Shown: positions 48,994 to 58,655 of the stretch, in pieces
Position numbering within the stretch: the first letter of the stretch is position 1
Layout of the letters: each line of letters starts with the position of its first letter
DNA from: Pseudomonadota bacterium
GTDB lineage: Bacteria; Pseudomonadota; Gammaproteobacteria; Ga0077536
Direction of reading: 5' to 3'
Length of the DNA: 64,000 nucleotides
Assembly (NCBI GenBank): GCA_043734785.1
Contig: JAYTEX010000175.1
Location: 704 to 64,703 of the forward strand
Translations under genes and position numbers: made by a program
The notes under the pieces: generated by a model
Database searches by the model: none
Told to the model about the DNA's origin: nothing
What the model saw: only the letters and a program-made list of their open reading frames with translations

Positions 48994-51189
48994 ATGCGTA
49001 AGTTCACCTATGGCACCGTGTTACTGGTCGTCTGTGCTCTCACGAGCTCCACCCATGCGTTAGTTCCGACGGTCGCATTGGACCAACTCGTGCCGCACGC
49101 AGAGCATCGGCGCGCCACCCGCCTGATTACCCATTTCATCGCCAACTACCACTACAGGAAAGCGCCGCTGGATGACGCCCTGTCGGAAGTCATCTTCAAA
49201 AACTACCTCGACGCCCTTGATCCGACCAAGAGCTACCTATTGCAGTCTGACATCGATGAGTTTGCCGCCTACTCGCGGGAATTAGACGATGACCTGCGAA
49301 ATTCGGACCTTGATTCTGTCTACCAGATCTTCATCCGTTATCGGCAGCGCGTGGAAGCGCGCATCGGATTCGCCACGAAGCTACTCGACGTGCCGATGGA
49401 CTTTAAGGTGGATGAATCCTTCGACTTCGACCGTGAAAAGGCCAAGTGGTCGGCGACCGAAGCTGAACTCGCAGAACTTTGGCGCAAGCGCGTCAAGAAC
49501 GACTGGTTATCCTTGCGTCTCTCGGGCAAGCAGGATGCCGCTATCGCCGATACCTTGAAAAAGCGCTATCAGGGCCTCATTAGACAAACCGCGCAGTTCA
49601 ATAGCGAAGATATTTTTCAGACCTTTATCAACGCTTACACGACGGCGATCGATCCCCATACCGCGTATTTTTCACCGCGTACTTCTGAGAATTTCAAGAT
49701 CAGAATGAGCCTGTCGCTCGAAGGTATTGGCGCCGTATTGCAAAGCGATAACGAGTACACCCTGGTGCGCGAAGTCGTGCGCGGAGGCCCTGCGGGTCTG
49801 AGTGGCAAACTGCACACGAACGACCGCATCGTCGGCATCGGTCAAGGCGAAAAAGGCGACCTGGTCGACGTCATCGGTTGGCGCCTGGACGATGTGGTGG
49901 ATTTAATCCGCGGCCCGAAAGATTCCGAGGTTGTGCTGCAAATACTGCCGAAAGGCGCCAGCCCGGATGGCGTGACCAAACTTATCAAACTCACGCGCAA
50001 CACGATTCAACTCGACGATCAGGCCGCGCAGAAAAAAATCCTCGAAGTGCCGCAAGGTAGTGCCAGGATAAAACTCGGGATTATCGAAATTCCTACCTTC
50101 TACATGGACTTCGAGGCACGCATGCGCGGCGACGAGAGTTATCGCAGCACCACGCGCGACGTCCACAAACTCATCAATGAGCTGCGCGCCGAAAAAGTCG
50201 CCGGGATCGTGATTGATCTGCGTGCCAATGGGGGCGGCTCGCTCTCCGAGGCGACTGAATTGACCGGTTTGTTTATCGACACAGGCCCAGTGGTGCAGGT
50301 CAGAAACTCGCAAGGACGCGTACAGCTCGAGCGCGATACCGAAGCGGGGGTTGTCTACGATGGACCGCTCGCCGTGCTCGTCGATCGTAATAGTGCGTCA
50401 GCCTCCGAGATTTTCGCGGCGGCGATTCAAGACTATCGAAGAGGCCTAGTGCTCGGTGAGCCGACATTCGGCAAGGGTACCGTGCAAAACCTCGTTGACC
50501 TGAATCGATTCGACGAGAAAGCAAACGGCAAACTTGGCCAGCTTAAGGCCACGATCGCGCAATTCTTCAGAGTCGAAGGCGACAGCACCCAACATCGGGG
50601 CGTTATTCCCGATATCGCGTTCCCAAGTGGATTCAGTGATAAGAAACAAGGCGAACGCGCGTTGGAGCATGCACTCCCGTTCGCGCACATTGCCGCAGTA
50701 CGCTTCACCCCCGTGCAACCTGCCCAACCCCATGTCGAGGAGTTGCGCGAGATACACAACAAGCGGGTCGCTCAGGATGCCGCCTATCAAGCATTGCTGG
50801 CACAAGAACACGCGTTACAAGACGCTGCGGATACCTCAATTGTCACGTTGCTAGAAAGTAAGCGCAAAGAAGAACACGAGAAAGCTCGACGCGAGCAGAA
50901 CGAACGCGAGAACCAGATCCGTGCTGCCCACGGTCAACCCCCGAAAGCCCTTAAATCGCCCGAAGAAGCAGCCGCAGAGATCGATGATCTGCCGGACGCC
51001 GAAGACCCGGCGAAGGATAAGGACAAGTTCGATGTCGTATTGGAAGAAGCCGCCAATGTGCTGCGAGATTTGTTGCTGGTATCCGGCATCCCGGCTCCGC
51101 AATTCGCTGATTCCGACGCTTCGCCCGCTCCGAAACCTGCGATCTCCGCGGCAAAAGCCAACCGGCTCGCACCACACCTCCAGCAGTGA
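48994..51189 (+). CDS. prc: carboxy-terminal processing (tail-specific) protease
   Basis: It has a signal peptide (MRKFTYGTVLLVVCALTSSTHA), a PDZ region, and S41 catalytic regions (IDLRANGGGSL, TFGKGTVQ). It has a Glu/Lys-rich C-terminal tail. Confidence 0.85.
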   Translation: MRKFTYGTVLLVVCALTSSTHALVPTVALDQLVPHAEHRRATRLITHFIANYHYRKAPLDDALSEVIFKNYLDALDPTKSYLLQSDIDEFAAYSRELDDDLRNSDLDSVYQIFIRYRQRVEARIGFATKLLDVPMDFKVDESFDFDREKAKWSATEAELAELWRKRVKNDWLSLRLSGKQDAAIADTLKKRYQGLIRQTAQFNSEDIFQTFINAYTTAIDPHTAYFSPRTSENFKIRMSLSLEGIGAVLQSDNEYTLVREVVRGGPAGLSGKLHTNDRIVGIGQGEKGDLVDVIGWRLDDVVDLIRGPKDSEVVLQILPKGASPDGVTKLIKLTRNTIQLDDQAAQKKILEVPQGSARIKLGIIEIPTFYMDFEARMRGDESYRSTTRDVHKLINELRAEKVAGIVIDLRANGGGSLSEATELTGLFIDTGPVVQVRNSQGRVQLERDTEAGVVYDGPLAVLVDRNSASASEIFAAAIQDYRRGLVLGEPTFGKGTVQNLVDLNRFDEKANGKLGQLKATIAQFFRVEGDSTQHRGVIPDIAFPSGFSDKKQGERALEHALPFAHIAAVRFTPVQPAQPHVEELREIHNKRVAQDAAYQALLAQEHALQDAADTSIVTLLESKRKEEHEKARREQNERENQIRAAHGQPPKALKSPEEAAAEIDDLPDAEDPAKDKDKFDVVLEEAANVLRDLLLVSGIPAPQFADSDASPAPKPAISAAKANRLAPHLQQ

Positions 51190-51251
51190 CGACGCGAAAG
51201 TCATTCGCGGGGAGTTGCTAGCCTCCAGGCACGAGTCCAAAAGCCATTAGC

Positions 51252-52352
51252 ATGCTCCTCAGATTTTTTTTGATGATACTCGTGGCAGGGGCAATCTTCG
51301 GGGGTCTGGCGCTCACCAAGCAGCGTCAGTTTCGGGAGATGGCCGCAAAATTTTCCACGCCCCCGCCCCCCACCCACGTGGCAGTCACCACGGTCACACG
51401 AAAATCCTGGCCGCGCATCATCAAGGGCACGGGCAGTCTCACCGCAGTACAAAACACCTTTGTGACCAACGAAGCGCCCGGGATCGTGACGGCCTTGAAC
51501 TTCGACTCGGGCCAAATCGTCAGCAAGGGGGATGCGCTCGTGACCCTCGAATCGTCTGTCGATACGGCGGTGCTCAAAGGACTCCTCGCCGAACAACGCC
51601 TGGCCGAGGTGCAATTTGAGCGCACGGCGAAGCTCGTGCGTGATCGCACCATGGCCCAGTCGCAATTCGACGAGGCTGCCGCGCGGCGGGACCGTGCTGC
51701 GGCGGAGGTCGGCGCGCAGCAGGCCCAGCTCGCCAAGAAAACCGTGCTGGCGCCATTCAGCGGCACCTTGGGCATTCGTCAGGTCGATGTTGGCGATTAT
51801 CTAAAAGCAGGTTCGAGTATCGTCGCCTTACAGACAGTGGATCCGATTTTTCTGGATTCCGCGATTCCGGAGCGGTTTATACCGCTGCTCAAGGTAGGCC
51901 AGGCAGTCAGCATCCGCGTTCAGGCTTACGGTGATGAGCGCTTCTCAGGTCGTTTGACCGCAATCGAGCCCGGGGTTGATACCGCCACCCGCATGATCCG
52001 CGTGCGTGCCGAGCTCGCCAATACGGACCAGCGACTGCGCTCTGGCATGTTTGTAGAAGTCGAGGCGGTGCAAGACGCAACCGAGGAGGTCGATGTCGTG
52101 CCGGCAACGGCGATCACCTACAGCCCGTACGGCAACTCGGTGTTCATCCTCGCCCACGGCGACGGCGGGCTGACGGTGGAACGCCGCCAGATCGAAACGG
52201 GCGCCTCGCGCGGCGGCGAAATCGCCATTACCAAGGGACTGCAGGCTAGCGAACAAGTCGTCGCAGTCGGCCAGAATAAGTTACGTAACGGCATGCGCGT
52301 CGAAATCGTCACGGACCACGCCCTGCGTACTGATCAAACCCCAGCGCACTGA
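51252..52352 (+). CDS. RND efflux periplasmic adaptor (membrane fusion protein, HlyD family)
   Basis: It has an N-terminal TM, coiled-coil and beta-barrel pattern, and lies immediately upstream of an RND permease. Confidence 0.85.
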   Translation: MLLRFFLMILVAGAIFGGLALTKQRQFREMAAKFSTPPPPTHVAVTTVTRKSWPRIIKGTGSLTAVQNTFVTNEAPGIVTALNFDSGQIVSKGDALVTLESSVDTAVLKGLLAEQRLAEVQFERTAKLVRDRTMAQSQFDEAAARRDRAAAEVGAQQAQLAKKTVLAPFSGTLGIRQVDVGDYLKAGSSIVALQTVDPIFLDSAIPERFIPLLKVGQAVSIRVQAYGDERFSGRLTAIEPGVDTATRMIRVRAELANTDQRLRSGMFVEVEAVQDATEEVDVVPATAITYSPYGNSVFILAHGDGGLTVERRQIETGASRGGEIAITKGLQASEQVVAVGQNKLRNGMRVEIVTDHALRTDQTPAH

Positions 52353-52361
52353 GCAACTCAC

Positions 52362-55300
52362 GTGGCGTTCACCGACATTTTCGTGCGCCGACCGGTACTG
52401 TCCAGTGTCGTGAATTTACTTATCCTGCTACTCGGCGTGCGCGCGATCTTCTCGCTCGAACTGCGGCAGTTTCCGAAAACGGAAAACGCGGTTGTGACGG
52501 TCACGACGGCCTACCCGGGTGCGAGCAGCGATCTCGTGAAGGGCTTTATCACCACGCCGCTGCAGCAAGCGATAGCGGAATCCGACGGGATAGATTTCAT
52601 GTCCTCGAGTAGCCGTCAGGGCGTGTCGATGATCGAGGTCACCATGAAACTCAACTACAGCGCGCATAACGCGGTAGCGGAGATACAAAGCAAGGTTGCC
52701 AGTCAGCGCGGTGTGCTGCCACGCGAAGCCGATGATCCCATCATCGAGGCCAAGGTCGGGGATCCGACGTCGCTCATGTACATCGCGTTCTACAGCGACA
52801 GTATGTCTCCGCAGCAAATTCAGGATTATCTGTTGCGCGTGGTCAGGCCCCAATTGCAGGCCCTGCCAGGCGTCGCGAAAGCGAATATCTTCGGTAAAAA
52901 TGGCTATGCCATGCGGATTTGGCTCGACCCCAAACGCATGGCGGCGCTCAATGTTACCGCCGCCGATGTGCGCGATGTGCTCCAGAAGAACAACTACCTC
53001 GTGGGGCCCGGTTCCACTCGTGGACAGTATGTGGGGGTTGATCTCGATACCACCACGGACATCAATCGCGTTGAGGATTTCAATGATCTGATCATTCGCG
53101 CGCACGGTGGTGCACTGGTCCGCTTATCGGATGTCGCGCGCTCTGAGCTTGGCGCTGAAGACTACAACTTCACCAGTTGGTACAACGACAACACCGCGAG
53201 CTATATCGGAATCGATCCGACCCCTGGTGCCAACCCTTTGACTGTCGCGCAACAAGTGCGCAGCGAAATCCCGAAGATCAAGAGCCAGATGCCAAGCGGG
53301 CTACAGGTCATGATCCCCTATGACGCGAGCCAGTTCATTGAAGAATCGATCAAGGAGGTTTTTGTCACGCTGGGAGAGGCAGTATTGATCGTGCTACTGG
53401 TGATTTATTTATCTCTGGGCTCTTTGCGGGCCGCGCTGATTCCAGCCGTCGCGGTGCCGCTTTCAATTATTGGTGGCGCTTTCCTGATGCTGCTGCTCGG
53501 ATATTCGATCAATACCCTGACTTTGCTCGCCATGGTGCTCGCGATCGGACTCGTCGTCGATGACGCCATTGTGGTGGTCGAAAACGTACATCGCCATCTG
53601 CAGCAAGGGTTGCAGCCCGTGGCGGCGGCACTGGTGGGTGCGCGCGAACTGCGTCTGCCGATCATCGCGATGACGACCACGCTCGTCGCAGTTTATGCCC
53701 CGATCGGCTTCATGGGCGGGCTCGTCGGCACGCTGTTCACCGAGTTTGCATTTTCACTCGCAGGGGCAGTCCTGATTTCGGGCGTGGTCGCCCTGACGCT
53801 ATCGCCGATGTTGAGTTCCAAGGTGCTTAAGGCGGGGCACGACAGTGGGTTTGAGCGCCTGGTCGAGCGCTTCTTCACCGCGCTCGGCAATGGCTACCGT
53901 AGGGTCTTGAGCTGGATGCTCGACGGCTGGCCGGTGTTGATCGTATTCGCCATGTTGGTGATGCTCAGCATGTTTCCGATGTACATGGTCAGCCAGAAGG
54001 AACTCGCGCCATCCGAAGACCATGGCATCCTGTTCGTCGCGGCGCGTGGCCCGGAGGTTGCCACGCTCGATTACACCAAGGCATACACCCGCGAAATGCT
54101 GCAGGCCTACCAATCCATTCCTGAGTACAACGAGAGCTTTTTCATCCTCGGCTTCGGTTCACCGAATTCGAGTTTCGGCGGATTTAGACTGAAACCTTTG
54201 GCCGAACGCACACGTAGCCAGGCCGAGGTTCAACAGGCGCTGCAACCTAAACTCAACAACGTGACGGGTGTGCAGGCCAATGCATTCTCGCGGCCCAGCT
54301 TGCCCGGGGCTGGTCGCGGGCTGCCGATCCAGTTCGTGGTGCTTACCGCTGCGGATTATCCTCAGCTCGACGCAAGCGTAGACGAGCTTCTAGGCGCGGC
54401 CATGAAAAGCGGAAAATTCATGTTCCTGCAGAAATCGGTGGAATTTGCGCGACCTAAAACGACCGTGGTCGTCGATCGCAACCGCGCCGGTGCACTTGGG
54501 ATTCAGATGGAAGATGTGGGCCGCGAACTTGCCACTATGCTCGGTGGCAACTACGTAAACTGGTTCAATCTGGAAGGACGCAGCTACAAGGTGATTCCGC
54601 AGGTACCGGATGAAATGCGGGCCACCGAAGACATGCTGCAGGGCTACTACATCCGCACTGCGAGCGGCCATCTGGTGCCGATGTCGAGTATTGTGTCGTT
54701 CGAATCCACGGTCGAACCCAGCGAACGCGCTCAATTTCAGCAACTCAATTCGCTGACCTTGCAGGGCTTGACTGCGCCTGGCGTCGCGATGGGGGATGCG
54801 CTGCAGTTCCTGAACGACCAAGCGGCGCTTGTGCTGCCAGATGGCTTTGCCTGGGATTACGCGGGGGTGTCTCGTCAGTACATCCAGGAAGGAAACGCCT
54901 TGATCGTAACCATGTTGCTGGCCGCAATGGTGATCTACCTGGTGCTGGCTGCCCAGTTCGAGAGCTGGCGCGATCCACTGATCATTATGATGTCGGTCCC
55001 GATGTCCATTGCGGGGGCGCTGGCGTTCATCATGTTGGGATTCGCGACCATTAATATTTACACACAGGTAGGACTCATCACCTTGATCGGCTTGATCGCG
55101 AAGAATGGCATCCTGATTGTCGAGTTCGCGAACCAGCTCCAACTGGAGCACGGTTTGAGCAAGCGTGCAGCCATCGAGCAGGGCGCAATGATCCGGTTGC
55201 GTCCAATCTTGATGACGACCATCGCGATGATTGTCGCCATGGTCCCCTTACTGACGGCGGCCGGCCCTGGCGCGGTGAGTCGGTTTCACATCGGGCTCGT

Positions 55301-55463
55301 GATCGCGGCCGGCCTTGGCTTGGGCACTTTGTTCACGTTATTCATTGTGCCAGCCTTCTATCTGGCGCTGGCGCGCGATCATCGACAACCCGGCACCGCA
55401 AATGACTACCTGCCGTCCAGGATTTCCCTCACACTCGAATCCACACCCATCCGGAAAGCCTGA
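52362..55463 (+). CDS. RND multidrug efflux permease (HAE1, AcrB/AcrD family)
   Basis: It is 1033 aa with 12-TM and two large periplasmic loops, and an N-terminus (MAFTDIFVRRPVLSSVVNLLILLLG) typical of AcrB. No outer-membrane factor gene is adjacent. Confidence 0.9.
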   Translation: MAFTDIFVRRPVLSSVVNLLILLLGVRAIFSLELRQFPKTENAVVTVTTAYPGASSDLVKGFITTPLQQAIAESDGIDFMSSSSRQGVSMIEVTMKLNYSAHNAVAEIQSKVASQRGVLPREADDPIIEAKVGDPTSLMYIAFYSDSMSPQQIQDYLLRVVRPQLQALPGVAKANIFGKNGYAMRIWLDPKRMAALNVTAADVRDVLQKNNYLVGPGSTRGQYVGVDLDTTTDINRVEDFNDLIIRAHGGALVRLSDVARSELGAEDYNFTSWYNDNTASYIGIDPTPGANPLTVAQQVRSEIPKIKSQMPSGLQVMIPYDASQFIEESIKEVFVTLGEAVLIVLLVIYLSLGSLRAALIPAVAVPLSIIGGAFLMLLLGYSINTLTLLAMVLAIGLVVDDAIVVVENVHRHLQQGLQPVAAALVGARELRLPIIAMTTTLVAVYAPIGFMGGLVGTLFTEFAFSLAGAVLISGVVALTLSPMLSSKVLKAGHDSGFERLVERFFTALGNGYRRVLSWMLDGWPVLIVFAMLVMLSMFPMYMVSQKELAPSEDHGILFVAARGPEVATLDYTKAYTREMLQAYQSIPEYNESFFILGFGSPNSSFGGFRLKPLAERTRSQAEVQQALQPKLNNVTGVQANAFSRPSLPGAGRGLPIQFVVLTAADYPQLDASVDELLGAAMKSGKFMFLQKSVEFARPKTTVVVDRNRAGALGIQMEDVGRELATMLGGNYVNWFNLEGRSYKVIPQVPDEMRATEDMLQGYYIRTASGHLVPMSSIVSFESTVEPSERAQFQQLNSLTLQGLTAPGVAMGDALQFLNDQAALVLPDGFAWDYAGVSRQYIQEGNALIVTMLLAAMVIYLVLAAQFESWRDPLIIMMSVPMSIAGALAFIMLGFATINIYTQVGLITLIGLIAKNGILIVEFANQLQLEHGLSKRAAIEQGAMIRLRPILMTTIAMIVAMVPLLTAAGPGAVSRFHIGLVIAAGLGLGTLFTLFIVPAFYLALARDHRQPGTANDYLPSRISLTLESTPIRKA

Positions 55464-55466
55464 ACG

Positions 55467-56240
55467 ATGCACGCGAATCTTTTTGATCTCACCGGCAAAG
55501 TCGCATTAATTACCGGCGGCAGCCGCGGTCTTGGACGCGAGATGGCGCTGGCGTTTGCCGACCATGGCGCCCACGTGGCCATCGCCAGCCGTAAACTGGA
55601 TCAGTGCGAAAAAACCGCGGCCGAAATCGCGGCGCGCGGCGTGCAATCTTTCGCACACGCCTGCCATGTCGCGAAATGGCCGGAGATTGAGGCGCTGGTC
55701 GAGGCGACTTACGCCCGCTTCGGACGGGTCGATATCCTGGTCAACAATGCGGGCTTGTCTCCGCTCTACCCATCGCTGGATGCGATCACCGAAGAACTGT
55801 TCGATAAGGTGATCGGGATTAACCTCAAAGGCCCGTTTCGCTTGAGCGCATTGGTCGCGAAACGCATGATGGCGGGCGATGGCGGCTCGATCATCAATGT
55901 GTCGAGTACTGCCGCCGTCACCCCGAGCCCAGCGTCGGAACCCTACTGTTCTGCAAAAGCGGGGCTTAACGCGCTGACGAGATCGATGGCATACGCCTAC
56001 GGCCCTAAGGTGCGCGTGAACTGCATCATGCCGGGTCCGTTTCTGACGGACATCTCCAAAGCCTGGGACATGGAAGCGTTCGCTGCAGGTGCGAAAATCA
56101 ATATCCCCCTGCAGCGCGGCGGGCAGCCGCACGAGATCGTCGGCGCCGCGCTTTATCTCGCCAGCAACGCCGCCAGTTTCACGACGGGGACCATCATCGC
56201 CGTGGATGGCGGCTCGCAGGGCAACCCCCGCATCCTCTAG
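55467..56240 (+). CDS. SDR-family oxidoreductase
   Basis: It has VALITGGSRGLG and a YCSAKAG catalytic motif. Confidence 0.85.
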   Translation: MHANLFDLTGKVALITGGSRGLGREMALAFADHGAHVAIASRKLDQCEKTAAEIAARGVQSFAHACHVAKWPEIEALVEATYARFGRVDILVNNAGLSPLYPSLDAITEELFDKVIGINLKGPFRLSALVAKRMMAGDGGSIINVSSTAAVTPSPASEPYCSAKAGLNALTRSMAYAYGPKVRVNCIMPGPFLTDISKAWDMEAFAAGAKINIPLQRGGQPHEIVGAALYLASNAASFTTGTIIAVDGGSQGNPRIL

Positions 56241-56257
56241 CTGCCTGCAACAAGCAA

Positions 56258-56362
56258 GCGGGGAAATCGGGGACAGACCACGATTATCGGTCGTTCATTT
56301 AATCGTGGTCTGTCCCCGATTTCCGTCGCTGATTTCCGCTACCTGATTTCCGCTATCACGGC
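56258..56362. repeat. Repeat A: about 100-bp element with a 26-bp-arm perfect palindrome (ggaaatcggggacagaccacgatta / taatcgtggtctgtccccgatttcc) followed by 3 x CTGATTTCCG iterons; direct repeat of 57203..57298
   Basis: Read directly. The loop is tcggtcgttcattt. The tail overlaps the ParE stop codon. Confidence 0.75.
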
Positions 56363-56652
56363 GTTTGTTGCGCCGCGTGCTTCACTCTCAAAATCTGGAC
56401 GGTGCGGGCCTCGGCCAGCACACGATAAAAAACGATGTAGTTCGGATGCACGACCAGTTCGCGCAACCACTCGGGCAAGCCCGGCCGCCCTTGGCGGCCA
56501 AGTTCTGGATGCTGTGCAAGCGGCTCGGTCTTGTCGCGCAGTCCCTGGCCGAAGCTCTTGGCCCGCGTCGGGCTGTCCTTGCCGATGTAGCGCACGATGG
56601 CGCGCAAATCCTCGCGTGCCATCGGCCGCCATTCAATGCGGCAAGGCAGCAA
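56356..56652 (-). CDS. type II toxin, RelE/ParE family (ParE-like)
   Basis: ...IEWRPMAREDLRAIVRYIGKDSPTRAKSFGQGLRDKTEPLAQHPELGRQGRPGLPEWLRELVVHPNYIVFYRVLAEARTVQILRVKHAAQ matches the ParE/RelE pattern. The probable TTG start overlaps the end of the upstream antitoxin gene. The longer annotated ORF (from 56772) is an out-of-frame overlap. Confidence 0.75.
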   Translation of the reverse strand: MLPCRIEWRPMAREDLRAIVRYIGKDSPTRAKSFGQGLRDKTEPLAQHPELGRQGRPGLPEWLRELVVHPNYIVFYRVLAEARTVQILRVKHAAQQTP

Positions 56653-57085
56653 TGTCGGCGTCCATCTCGGCCATGACTTCATCGTGCGGAATGCTCGTCC
56701 GTGGGTCGTCAATGGATGCCTGAATCTCGCCGGCCAGCCACTGGTTATAGGCGGCGGCTTCGTGTGCTCCACGCATGGCCTCGGCGCGGTTTTGCCGGCT
56801 GCGGGTCATGTCCTTTTGGTCGGGATTCCAGTTGGTGGCGTCGAGCTGCGCAACGGTAATACCCACGTCGCGCAACACGATCAGCGCAGAAGTAGGATTG
56901 CCAAAGCGGCGCGGCTCGGTGCTGCGGGCCTTCACCAAAAAGGCGTCTTGGCCGCTGCGGGTGGCGATTTCAACAAAGAAGCCGCCGCCCTGCCCTTTCA
57001 GGGTTACACCCTTCACGCCGCCAGCGCTGACCGTAGCGCGTAGCTGCTCTAGTGTCATGCTGTGCATGGTGCGCTCCTTTATCAA
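56633..57085 (-). CDS. putative antitoxin (150 aa): ParD/RHH-like C-terminal region fused to an unrecognised N-terminal domain
   Basis: It lies immediately upstream of, and overlaps, the ParE-like toxin. The C-terminus ...AAYNQWLAGEIQASIDDPRTSIPHDEVMAEMDADIAALP resembles ParD-type antitoxin tails. The N-terminal roughly 90 aa (..KGQGGGFFVEIATRSGQDAFLVKARSTEPRRFGNP..) are unassigned. Confidence 0.55.
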   Translation of the reverse strand: MIKERTMHSMTLEQLRATVSAGGVKGVTLKGQGGGFFVEIATRSGQDAFLVKARSTEPRRFGNPTSALIVLRDVGITVAQLDATNWNPDQKDMTRSRQNRAEAMRGAHEAAAYNQWLAGEIQASIDDPRTSIPHDEVMAEMDADIAALPH

Positions 57086-57202
57086 TCTAGGTTACCAGCA
57101 AGTCTCTATTGTGCACGAGTGATAGAAACCATGCGCGCACTTCGTTCGAGACGGCGCTAATCCACCTAGTGGCATTGGCGCCTGTGCTATCAGCGGCGAG
57201 GG

Positions 57203-57298
57203 CGGGAAATCGGGGACAGACCGCGATTATCGGTCCGATTATCGGTTGTTCATTTAATCGTGGTCTGTCCCTGATTTCTTCCTGATTTCTTTGATCGC
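57203..57298. repeat. Repeat B: second copy of the palindrome-plus-iteron element (one arm mismatch, internal gattatcgg duplication, 2 x CTGATTTCTT)
   Basis: gggaaatcggggacagaccgcgatta...taatcgtggtctgtccctgatttc lies upstream of the toxin-antitoxin promoter region. Confidence 0.75.
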
Positions 57299-57674
57299 TC
57301 GAGTCTGTGGCTGTGTGGCGCTCCGGTGCGTTGGTATTCTTCATGCAAGCTCCTTGGTCTGAATTGGAGCCTAGCAAAAAATCAATCTACACAACATTCA
57401 GGACACCCTCAAATGCTGGCCGGTAGGGGAACCAAATGAGGCGTGAGCACTGCTCTAGCAACCGCGAATCTCGCAAAAATCGAATACGCTCCTGTGCCGC
57501 CGGTGTGATTGGAGGTATCCCGGGCGGTTTCCGTACCAGTTCCGTACTGGGTTCTTTAGGGCGCTAGAAAATAAGATAACTCTTTTATTTTATTGGCGAG
57601 CGATGTAAGGATCGAGCCTACGACCCTCGCCTGGAGAGGACCGTCGTTCGGGTTACGCACGTCACCCGACGATT

Positions 57675-58607
57675 TCAAGCACTGAGATCGCGTATCACGT
57701 AATTCAGGGCCGTGAAGTACACCGATTCCCGCGCGAATTCAGCTTCGTCAGCCTGAATCCCGGCATAGGCCTCACTGGCCAGATAGTCTTCGATATCGTT
57801 CATATTCGCGAACGACATGACCCCTACGCCATCGAAACGATCGCCCACCGGATCGTAGAGCTTATCGCCCTCGGCGCTGATATTGACGAGTTGCGCATAG
57901 CGCCGAAGTAGCCGCGAGCCGGGTGCTGAACGGGTCACGAGATCCGCATGCTGCGCCATCCAGTGCCCGCGAAATTGGGCACGCGTGAGTTCGGCGTTGC
58001 GCACATGGGTTTTGATTAGAATGACCGGATCGCGGCGCCTATCGCCTTGTAGCACCACATGCTCTTCGGCGACATGGAAGCCGAACCCGCGAATAAACAC
58101 CGCTTCGTCGGGCACAATCTTGTTCCCGTACTTACCGGGGCCAAGGTTAAAAAATGACTCCAGATCCTGTTTAGAACGATAGCCCAGTTGCGCCATGCCG
58201 TCCCACTGCGGGCGCTGGTAGGGCGCGCAGCGGGTGGAAGGATCTTTCACGAGCATGCCGCTTTCATCCAGCTGTGGGCTATACGGAGGGGGTCGCGCTG
58301 ACGTGGGGCCAGCTGGCACGCGATGGTGCTGCAGGTAATACGTTAGCAGCCCGGTCTGGTGATCCTCCGCACCATCCACATGGAGAATGTTCGGGCCATG
58401 GACCTTCCGCCAGTATTCATCGAACGCTTCCCATTCGAGCTGAGGCTTGTCCGTGAGCGCCAGACGCCGGTCCTGAACACCCTGATCTTCGGTGCCCTGC
58501 CCTGCACGATTGACGTTGTACTGTGGACGGGCGTGCCGGAGCGCTTCCGGCGCCTGGCTGTCAGCGCGAATAGCCAGGGCATTCAACACGATTAAGGGTG
58601 ATTTCAT
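57675..58607 (-). CDS. secreted protein with two EthD-like domains (tandem)
   Basis: It has a signal peptide MKSPLIVLNALAIRADS. Both halves are EthD-like: half 1 (..EWEAFDEYWRKVHGPNI..TYYLQHH..WDGMAQLGYRSKQDLESFF) and half 2 (..RAQFRGHWMAQHADLV..LRRYAQLV..FDGVGVMSFANMNDIEDYLASEAY). Confidence 0.5.
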   Translation of the reverse strand: MKSPLIVLNALAIRADSQAPEALRHARPQYNVNRAGQGTEDQGVQDRRLALTDKPQLEWEAFDEYWRKVHGPNILHVDGAEDHQTGLLTYYLQHHRVPAGPTSARPPPYSPQLDESGMLVKDPSTRCAPYQRPQWDGMAQLGYRSKQDLESFFNLGPGKYGNKIVPDEAVFIRGFGFHVAEEHVVLQGDRRRDPVILIKTHVRNAELTRAQFRGHWMAQHADLVTRSAPGSRLLRRYAQLVNISAEGDKLYDPVGDRFDGVGVMSFANMNDIEDYLASEAYAGIQADEAEFARESVYFTALNYVIRDLSA

Positions 58608-58655
58608 CGTTCCTCCAAGTGTTCCTGCAATTAACGAAATGTATGGGGTTGAAAT

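Noticed and set aside
51189-51290. T8 run near 51270 as a terminator after prc
   Set aside because: The T-run lies inside the MFP coding sequence (codons FFL), and there is no convincing upstream stem.
52428-55151. Several long minus-strand ORFs (52428..53105, 54390..55151) and 55506..56132
   Set aside because: They are antisense to the RND permease and SDR genes, which carry unmistakable family signatures. They are high-GC shadow ORFs.
57588-57650. Hairpin GGCGAG...CTCGCC with an internal gtaag/cctac stem; considered as a tRNA 3' fragment or terminator
   Set aside because: It has no D or anticodon arms, and the T-loop consensus and CCA context are absent. The flanking A/T runs are on the wrong side for a canonical terminator on either strand.
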